NCBI RefSeq assembly: GCF_006345805.1
Contig: NW_021833338.1
Coordinates: forward strand, 1 to 27,421
Direction of reading: 5' to 3'
Origin: Octopus sinensis
Taxonomy: Eukaryota
Length of the DNA stretch: 27,421 nucleotides
Positions 10,669 to 20,303 of the stretch are shown here, in pieces. The number at the start of each line of letters is the position of its first letter. The first letter of the stretch is position 1. The position numbers and the translations under genes were made by a program. The notes below the pieces were generated by a model. That model saw only the letters and a program-made list of their open reading frames with translations, made no database searches and had not been told where the DNA came from.

Positions 10669-10874
10669 TATATATACATATACATACGATACATACATAT
10701 ACATATATATATGTATATATATATAAATATAACAATTTAGGAATGGCCCAAACAGGCCACTCGTCCACCAGAAAGAGCAGCCAGAACTCCAACCGCCAAG
10801 TAGTGTAATTTTCTCTTTTCCACTAGGCCGCTGGTAGCGATAAATTTTTACTGAATTTTTTGCTACCCTAAATT

Positions 10875-10905
10875 GATTAATGTATATATATATATATATA
10901 TATAT

Positions 10906-10980
<75 letters not shown>
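10875..10980. repeat. (TA)n(TG)n microsatellite
   Basis: Direct reading. Confidence 0.95.
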
Positions 10981-10981
<1 letters not shown>

Positions 10982-12385
10982 TATGAACTTCAAGGAAGGT
11001 CATAATATAGTTATAAAAGAAGCCGATAAGGAGAGTGCTATAGTAATCATGGACTCAGAACAATGCATAAACACTACCCTAATCCTCCTTCAAGACAATA
11101 CCTACTACAAAAAATCATCAACAACAGTCAATCCAAGATAATGGCAAAACTTACTAGCTTCACCCATCAATTACAACATGATTTAACGGAAAAGGAGAGA
11201 GATTACTTCACTAGATTTGACTGCAAAACCGGCAACTTGGATGAATTTCCCAAAATCCACAAAAGCAAGGCCATAAACGAATCCTGTAGCAAATGGTCTT
11301 CTTTAGTCATAAATATTCCACATCCGAAAGATCTTACGAGACCAATTGTGGCCGGTCCCTCGTGTGAGACACACAGACTCAGTAACTTTAATGATGTCCT
11401 CCTAAAACCTATTCTCCAACATATACCAAGCTTTCTAAGGAATGACCATCTCCCGAACAAAACCAGCACGGACTCCCTTCTAGTTTCATTCGAATGCGGA
11501 TTAGAAGCCATTCAATTCTTGCTAGAAAAATTCGCAAATGACATTCCTGACCGAATCGGAAGACGATTCATCATTGAAGGAATAAAATTCATCCTACAGA
11601 ACAACTTCAACTTGAACAGAACACCTACAAACATATTCGGGCATTGCGATGGGAACGAGGATAGCCCCTACTTTTGCTAACCTTGCCAAATATACGAGCA
11701 CACTAGACTGAAATTTGGAGACAACTTCCAAAAATGCTTACTCGTCAACTGGAAGTGCTACCTGGATTATTGTTTCATTCTGTGTTGACATAACCTTGAG
11801 CTACTCTTAGAATTTAAGAACTTAGTCAACAGCATTAACCACAGTATCCAATTTACAATGGAATACAGCCACAAACAGCTGTATTGAAACCGACATCTAC
11901 TTTAAATCACCAGGCTCAAAACAATATCTTCTGTTCTCTTCCTGCCACCTAAAACATACTAAAATCAATATACCTTTTAACTTGCCAAGCAGAATTTGCC
12001 CGATTGCATCAAATCCCGAAACCCAAGATAAACGACTCCAAGAACTTAAAAACACATTACTAGAAAGAAAATACCCGGCTAGTTTAATCAAAAACGGAAT
12101 AGAAAGTGCGAAAACGATAGACATCCAAGAGTTATGAAAAACAAGAAAACCCCATGACATACTTAGAACTTTGTCTTAACTGCGGGACTTGCATCTACCT
12201 CTCGGAAGGCTGAAAAAATAAATTTAAAAGTCAGGCAAACTTTCACCATAAAAAATCACTTCACTTGTGCGTCGAAGAATTTAATTTATGTCCTCAAATA
12301 TGGTGGGTGTGATGGAGACTACATAGGTCAAACTAGTTTGACCTTAAGGGACAGACTGACAGGCAACAAATCCAGGACCATAATT
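10981..12385 (+). mobile_element. Penelope-like element relic (RT + GIY-YIG), probably Neptune group
   Basis: IVIKEADK, PKIHK, RPIVAGPSCETHRLS, GIAMGTRIAPTFANL, YLDY (for Y.DD), QYLLFSSCH, and the GIY-YIG segment FTCASKNLIYVLKYGGCDGDYIGQT at about 12260-12335. Frameshifts and deletions. Confidence 0.9.
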
Positions 12386-12460
12386 AATCTTATGTATTGG
12401 CTTAAGTTTTTCATTGTATGATTTGCCTAATAGTGGTTTATATCTCTAATTTATATATAT

Positions 12461-12491
<31 letters not shown>

Positions 12492-12494
12492 GAT

Positions 12495-12531
<37 letters not shown>

Positions 12532-12595
12532 GCGTGTGTGTACGCGTGTATGTATGTATTCTGCGTATTCATATGTATGTTCATGTTTTGGGAGG

Positions 12596-12655
<60 letters not shown>

Positions 12656-12665
12656 TGTGTGCGTG
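12596..12665. repeat. (GCGT)n microsatellite
   Basis: Direct reading. Confidence 0.95.
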
Positions 12666-12729
12666 TATACATCTACATAACACCCTACTAACAAATCTAC
12701 CTGTGTATGTATAAACTGTGTTGTTATTG

Positions 12730-13215
12730 GGGTAGCACTATCTTCTGCGTATAACTCCTATTTAGTACTGGTGATTTATGAGGACATACCCCTGTATTTG
12801 TCTGAATGTTGGGTTCTTCGGGTGCTTGGATAAAGTGCAGATGTCAAGTCTTCCTTAGTGTGCCTCCATGTTGGTCTTTGGTATGTTGGTAGAGTTTAGA
12901 GCAGTGGTTTTCATCCAGGGTTCCGCGGAACCTTAGGGTTCCGCCAGTACAGTCCAGGGGTTCCTCAAGAAGTTACAAAACTGCTAAAATCGGCAGTAAT
13001 TTTTAATTCTCTTGTGCAGATATGTGAGCATAAAACTATTAAATTATTGCACAGGGGTTCCTCGAGCCAGTGGAATGTTTCCTTGGGGTTCCGCTCCAGT
13101 AAAAAGTTTGAAAAGCACTGGTTTAGAGGATAGTTTTCTAACGTCATATTGTCTCAAATGTACATTTAGTCTTTGGCAATGCTTCTAAGGTGTCTCACCA
13201 ATGTATGTTCTTGGA
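12730..13215 (-). mobile_element. GIY-YIG endonuclease relic (PLE-like), interrupted by a hAT MITE
   Basis: After removing 12902-13120 and one TSD copy, the minus strand reads RTYIGETP*KHCQRLNVHLRQYDVRKLSSKLYQHTKDQHGG, then FRQIQGYVLI / PVLNRS remnants: the YIGET...R...H...S.L..H...H pattern. Confidence 0.7.
12902..13120. mobile_element. Non-autonomous hAT (Charlie-like) MITE, 219 bp
   Basis: TIRs CAGTGGTTTTCA / TGAAAAGCACTG; perfect 8-bp TSD GTTTAGAG at 12894-12901 and 13121-13128. Confidence 0.92.
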
Positions 13216-14213
13216 TTCAAGCGAATCAGGTCTTTAAGTTGTGAAGCATCAAGGTCGAGCCGTTGAAATCGCTGTCGTGTACAAAATATTTCAAGACAAA
13301 TACGTACTTACTAAAGTAAATACGGATTGATATTCCGGTTGCATGTACAATCACAAACGGCCGACTGAAGGCTGAACTTGGATACAAACACTACACCAAT
13401 TGTACTGCACTCAATAGACTCCAGGTGAATAATAAATAAATAACAACAGATGGATTGGGGTTCACTCACTACAGCTGTTTCAAACGTGTTTTTTTTTATA
13501 AATAGAACGTGTGCAGTTACAGCCCCAAACAATCAACTTTCTCTAAATAAAATCAATGAAGAGGTAGAGTGTACTGGAATTGTTTGTATGAAGTTATTAA
13601 ATTGTGTTTGATCTCCTTTATTGTTCGTGCGTTAGTGTTTGATGTTACTGCAGCCGTGGTTTGTACTTCTGCGCTTACATATTTTATTTATTCGTGTTTA
13701 AATTGTGGTATTGTTTGAATAAAGGTAAAGTGGGAAGACTTGGAAAATTTGGATACTCATTTGTTGTACATAAGTCTAGCAAAAAACAAAGTAATCCAAA
13801 AGTTAAAGTCGTTATGTTTCACTGCATGTAACTATTGAGAATACAAAAAAATAAGGCTTTGTAAATTTAGTACATACAGTGGTTGAATAGATATGATTTG
13901 TATGTATGCGCGTAGGCATAAAATTTTGTTCTCCTCTAAATTCGTGCGTCAGTGTCATGCGAGAAAAGTCAGCTTGTTGTCTGCGTAAATTCAACATGTC
14001 AAATGGCAGAATGTGTTAATGTGTAAGTAGTTGTTGAATGTACTTTGTTAAAGTTTATTCAGTCAAGCTTTGTATTTTTTCTATTAACATATTCTCTTTC
14101 TTTATTCGAAAAGATCTGTGGTATTGAGTGAACAAAGGTAAGATAGGAAGACAAGGAATTGTGGGGAATTATTTGCTTGCGCATATGTCTATGCGCACAC
14201 CCAGTTCACCAAC

Positions 14214-15248
14214 ATGTTTAGTGAAATCGATGTGCATATTTTTCATCGATCGTTTTATATTTTTGATCGTCAATCGATGCTCTTAAATAACTCAATCACT
14301 ATTTTCATTTTCTCTAGTGCTAATTTCTCCCTAAACTGTCTTTGTTGTTCGGGCTCTTCTAAGATTGGCTATATTTGTAGTTTGCGTTGTAGAATTAATG
14401 GTGATGAGTTAATCCATTCTTCATATATTTCTACCTTATTATTTTTAATCCTGTTTCAAAAGAAACACTTTCTAGCGTTGAAGTTTTTGGACCAAATATG
14501 GCTCACACAGCTTTTAATTAAATGTGTTAACATTGGTACTTTTTTTAATATGGTTTAGGTATTTTGGTGAGGATTCGTTTTGAAAATTGTAAAAATTGAG
14601 TGCAATCTTATGCAAAGTTCGTTCATATTTTAACAAACCTTCTCTGTAGATTGTCTTCACTGTTCATTTTCGGTTTCTTCTCGTATGCGGCAATTTAATC
14701 CATCGATTTTGTTAGAATAACTACATTTTTTAGTTATTCTAAGAAAATCGATGGATTGAATTACCGCACCCGAGAAGAAACTGAAAATGAACAGATAAGA
14801 CAATCTACTGAGAAGGTTTGTTAAAATTTGAACGAACTATGCACAAAATTGCACTCAATTTTCACAAACAATTTTCAAAAATATTCATTACCAAAATACC
14901 AAAAGCATAATGAAAATGTACCAATGTCAGTACGTTTAATTAAAAGCCGCGTTAGCCATATTTGGTCCAAAGACCTCAACGCTAGAAAAATTTTCTTTTG
15001 AAACAGGATAAAAAATAATAAGGTAGAAATATATGAAGAATGGATGAACACAACACTATTGATTCTGCCGTGCAAACTATAAATCAAACCAATCTCAGAA
15101 GAGCCCGAACAACAAAGACAGCTTAGGGAGAAATTAGCACTAGAGAAAATGAAAATAGTGATTGAGTTACTTAAACTTAGAGCATCGAATGACGATCAAA
15201 AATATAAAACGATCGATGACAAAATACACACCGAACTCACTAAATATA
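14214..15248. repeat. ~1-kb inverted repeat (~510-bp arms, 7-nt spacer at 14724-14730) of decayed coding-like sequence, probably a PLE ORF N-terminus
   Basis: Arms are reverse complements, about 80% identical by eye. The right arm reads SHIWSKDLNARKIFF*NRIKNNKVEIYEEW...KPISEEPEQQRQLREKLALEKMKIVIELLKLRASN...KLWKDSCE. The PLE assignment is from recall, not from a database match. Confidence 0.8.
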
Positions 15249-15724
15249 CTGATCAACAACTTTTGGAAAGTGTTATAAAACTATGGAAAGACAGCTGTGA
15301 GTCGAAAAAAATAAATTCCCCGCAACGGTGGGAAACCAGTGTTAATTTTTACGTGTATTTATTTATGCCCTCCCCGAAAGATGAACAATTACCTCCTCTG
15401 TCCCCAATAATAACGATCACTAATTACTTCCCTTTAGATTTTTCTACTTGTTGAATTATTCATTCATAAACTTCGCTGCACACAACATGGACTAAAATAC
15501 GAAATTCCAATAATTTCAATGTCATGATGAGCGAAAACAAAACCGGTCGACAAACACAATATAAAATATAATAAAGAGTATATTAAAACTATGTAAAGTA
15601 TGTGCATATTCCTTCTTTTATTTTATGTATATTTGTTTTGCATTACAACTCACCACGTGGGGATAATCTAAATTCCTCCCTTTGTGTTTCTATGTGTGTG
15701 TGTGAGTGTGCGTGTGTGTGTGTG

Positions 15725-15868
15725 TCAGTGTTCAGTTTTATTTCAAGATTTCATACCAATAGTGAAAGAGCTAGTTTCTAATGTAGATTTAAGGCTCCTT
15801 CATTGGAATTCCAACATCAGCAACAGGGTATTTTTGTATGTATGTATGTATGTATGTATGTATGTATG

Positions 15869-15902
<34 letters not shown>

Positions 15903-16640
15903 TGAATGTATGTACGTACGTACTATGTATGTATATGCGCTTTTTGTATGTTTTGTATTATGTATGTATTCTCATGCATATAGTTGCATATCTAGACATG
16001 CTAATATATATTTAAATGATAAACTTTGGAAAGTCTTACAGATTTTTATAGTTCCAGTGATGGATTGGATATGCAGTCTTCAAATTAGCTTTCTCCTTTC
16101 TGGTTTTGGGAAGCCTAATTTCTGAAGATTGGTATTTAGGCAGTGTGTTACATATCCCAGAGCCCCAATAATTACAGGTATAAACCTTAACTTGTAATCT
16201 GGATAGAGTAACTGCAGATTTATCAATAGTTCAGCGTAGGTATTCTCTTTTTCACTGATCTTCAGCTTTATGTTAACATCCGCTGGGCAGTTAATTTCCA
16301 CAACTGTACGCAGTTTCTCTTTTCTATCCCAAACCGTTTTATCAGGTCTGTTGTGCTTGTATTTTATTGGGACACATTTTATTGAAGCATTCCACCTGTA
16401 TTCCTTTTTATTATGAGTGGCTATGGTTTCTACCAAACTGTTGATTCTTATTCCTTTGTCCTTGGAGTTATCCTTCCGACGAAGTTCATCAAAGAGTGTC
16501 CTAGCTACAACATTATATCTCATCGGCAAATAATATCGTGATGACATTTTCGGACAACTACTTAAGATATGGGTGATATCTTCGGTGTCAACTCCACAAA
16601 GTCTGCATCGGTTGTCACACTTTACTGCTTGTCCTGCATC
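15725..16640 (-). mobile_element. 5'-truncated R4-clade non-LTR retrotransposon (zinc knuckle + RLE domain + probable 3' UTR)
   Basis: CRLCGVDTEDITHILSSC (CCHC), HNRPD, VEINCPADVNI..K..EK..TY, FIPVIIGALG, then a frameshifted IQSITGTIKICKTF tail. The 5' junction lies in (TATG)n. The 3' boundary is uncertain (about 15900 or about 15725). Confidence 0.85.
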
Positions 16641-16672
<32 letters not shown>

Positions 16673-17517
16673 TGTATGTTTGTATGTATGTATGTATGCA
16701 TGTATGTATGTATGTACATATGTTTGAATAGAAATATATGCGAGAATGTATATATGTGTTTATGTATATGAGCATGTGTGTGTTTATGCGTGTGTAGGGA
16801 AGTATAGGAATACGTGTGTGTATTTCTTGTGATAATGTTTCGATTGTAGAGTTTTCTCAAGAATCATTTATTTATTTATTCTATACATTTATTTACTTTG
16901 GTGATTACGTGTCTCGAATCGAGCTAGATGCACACATACTCTGAATGCAAATGCAGAACTATAACAACAACCATTTGTCTTTTTATTCTATATCCAACGA
17001 TCTACGTCATGTGTTCGATATTATACTCGTCGCCCGTCAATTTTTTTTCAATTTCGCATAAAATCGATATTTAGATTGTGTACATCCTGTACTTTTTTTT
17101 CATGTAAGGGAGTGAACCACGTGAAAGAATAAAATGTAAATATTAAAATAAAGATAACATACTTTTTTGAGTGCAACATTTTACAATTAAATCTAAATCC
17201 AATATTTCACGTCTTCCTCTGAGACGATGATTATATTTATATACAGGGAATAGTCTTGTGTTCTTTTAATCTTCTACTTGTTGCTGTCATGGAACTTCGG
17301 TCTCGCTGGATCAGCACCATTAAGAGTTTAGGCAGTCAAATCGGTCACGATTTTTTTAAAAATTTATTTTCAAAGATGCTATGAGTTCTGTATAGTGATA
17401 TTAATAGTATGTTGTTAGAACTCATCAAAATAAATGGTAAGGTGGGTCCAGAGCGTAATATCAATTTTAATAGATGACAAAGGAACAGGAAAGTATGTAA
17501 GAAACTTCATTAGTTTC

Positions 17518-18030
17518 ATACACACACACACACACACACACACATATGTATGTATGCATGTATGTATATAATATATACGTATAGATATATAGATATATGT
17601 ATTTATATATATACGCACACATATATATATATACACATATATATATAAATATATAGATATATGTATTATCTATACATACACACACATATATATATATATA
17701 ACACCAACACATATATATATATAGAGAGAGAGAGAGAAAGAAAAGAAAGACTGATATGGATGTTATGTATATATGTGTTTATATATATATTATATATATA
17801 TACATATATATATATATATAGATATGTATATATATATATAATATATATATATATACATATATACGTATATGTATATATATGTTTGTAATGTGTATACATA
17901 TATACATATATATATATTATATATATATGTATGTATGTATGTATATAATATGTATGTATGTATATGTAAATATATGTATAGGTATGCATATGTATATATA
18001 TATGTATGTACATATATATATATATATATT
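17518..18030. repeat. (CA)/(TA)/(TATG) compound microsatellite
   Basis: Direct reading. Confidence 0.95.
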
Positions 18031-18478
18031 TGTAAGAACGAAAAGGGGCGATAAAAATCCAGGCAGATATCAATAAAGCACACAGTTTTAAACGAATTTG
18101 GTTCACTATATCCAACAATATCAAACAATCAGACACTTCTTCCCTTCCTCATGTAATTCCTCGCGAGTGACAAGTAGATCCAAATATCATTTAGAAGAAT
18201 TCCGAGAAATACAGAGTATTGCACAGCAAAAATATGGATAGAGAAAACATACTTTTTGTATGCATTCGTATACTGGAAATATTTTCTTAGTTCACTTTGA
18301 ATATAACTAATTTCGGGTCGCATTGAAAACGTTGTGTTAACATGTATTTTCGGATGTATATTTGATAGTATATGTATCTTAAATATGTTGACAGAACAGA
18401 AACGATCGCGGCTTTGCATGATGAATTTAACAATTAAATTAAAGATGTGATTTTCTCCATCCGCATTTTAGTTGTGCA

Positions 18479-18547
<69 letters not shown>

Positions 18548-18613
18548 ATATTTCGGAATGGTCATATTGCCAGTTTAGCCAATAAAAAATCTTGCACAAC
18601 AAATATTTAAACG

Positions 18614-18644
<31 letters not shown>

Positions 18645-18789
18645 ATAGGTGAATGAATTATCCTATGTTATGGAAAATTCGTTGAACCGATACCAGGGTA
18701 GCAAATTCACGTCAGAAACACGGTTGAAGCGACCTGTCCAAGGATAGAAATTCCGGGTTCATGTGCAGAAATTTGTGTGTTTTATTATG

Positions 18790-18845
18790 AATAAATGAAA
18801 GAATAGAGTCGAACATCTTCGTTCGACTCCATTCTTTCATTTATT
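18790..18845. repeat. Small hairpin, 25-bp arms, 6-nt loop
   Basis: aataaatgaaagaatagagtcgaac / gttcgactccattctttcatttatt, one mismatch. Confidence 0.9.
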
Positions 18846-18877
<32 letters not shown>

Positions 18878-18878
<1 letters not shown>

Positions 18879-19000
18879 ATAAATTAATATGTTCAATAAG
18901 AAAGAATTATTTTCGAAATTTTTCTCTTATGAGGTTTTTCACGCTATCTACCTGATAATTCTTGTTAAGATTCCTTATTAAGAAGTTATCCTTAATTGTT
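18878..19000. repeat. Second copy of the ~120-bp dispersed repeat (see 9005-9125)
   Basis: Direct alignment by eye. Confidence 0.85.
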
Positions 19001-19026
19001 ATATATATATATATATATATATAAGT

Positions 19027-19191
19027 AGCCGTGTGGTAAGAAGTTTGCTTTTCACCACATGGTTCCAAGGTTCAGTCACACTTCAAGGCACCTTGCACGT
19101 GTGTCTTCTACTGTAGCTTCGAGTCGACCAAAGCCTTGTGAGTGGATTTGGTAGACGGAATCTGAAAGAAGCCAGGTGTATATATATATTA

Positions 19192-19258
<67 letters not shown>

Positions 19259-19390
19259 GTATATTATATATGTATGTATGTATGTATGATGTATGTATGT
19301 ATGTATGTATGTATGTATGTATGTATGTATGTATGTATCAACGTGTGTGTGATTTTGTGTCTGTCCTTCCATCACCCCTGGACAACCGGG
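19027..19390 (+). mobile_element. 3'-truncated SINE family A with an expanded internal microsatellite
   Basis: Head gtgtggtaagaagtttgc...gtagacggaatctgaaagaagcc, about 170 bp of (TA)/(TATG), then gtgtctgtcc...gacaaccg. Confidence 0.8.
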
Positions 19391-19997
19391 GGACGGGATC
19401 GATCAATCGTCAAAACTAGCGCTGAAGGATAACATTAGTTTCTCAGTTAATATTCGGTAACAGGGGACACAACGAGTTCCACAGATATTTGTTACAACGT
19501 ATCTACCAGTTCCCGGCGTTTTTGTTACTAAAATGCTTAATCGTCGCTAAAATAATAATAGAAAAAAAAAATAGATACTATTATTTCTGTTCAAAACCAT
19601 TAATGGAATGGCAAAGTTCTGTAAAACGTTGCATATTTCCTTTATATCTCATACAAATTCTCTACAAAGAGTTCAGGAATAGAAATTGAATAACAGAAAA
19701 CAGATCTTATCTATATAAACAAATAATGAAATTGTGTAGAGATTTAGGGATTCTCTAACAAAAGACCAGACAACATAATTCTTAGACATTCATTTAGTAA
19801 CAAGAGTAATCTCTAAAACGTTCAAAATATACTTCATTTCAAACTATTTTAGAGAGTCTTTACAGAATAAATGCAGAAAACCAAAAAGAAATGAAAATCT
19901 GTCCACTTTTTAATGCTTCATTTAACATTTCGTTAGTGACATGGGGTATGATGTCAGCTCAATTTTATTTAAATACTCGTAATTTCTATTTTGCGAA

Positions 19998-20208
19998 CTT
20001 ATTATTATTATTATCATTTTATATTATTATTATTTATTATTATTATTATTATTATTATATTATTATATTATTATTATTATCATCATCATCTTATTATTAT
20101 ATTATTATATTATCATTATTATTATTATTATTTATTATTATTATCATCATCATCATTATTATTATTATTATTATTGTTTTATTATTATTATTATTATTAT
20201 CATCATTA

Positions 20209-20281
<73 letters not shown>

Positions 20282-20303
20282 TATCAACATTATTATTATT
20301 ATT
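19998..20303. repeat. (TAT)n / (TAA)n microsatellite flanking the Dong 3' end
   Basis: Direct reading. Confidence 0.97.

Noticed and set aside
10720-10870. Possible pLTR-type repeat fragments (also 18545-18770)
   Set aside because: Only short shared words (ggaatgg, agggtagcaaa) and no hammerhead core; too weak to annotate.
16122-16265. Further CUGANGA matches (16122 plus; 16259-16265 minus; also near 20676 and 21478 minus)
   Set aside because: They lie in or antisense to retrotransposon coding sequence and lack stem II/GAAA/stem III/UH geometry.
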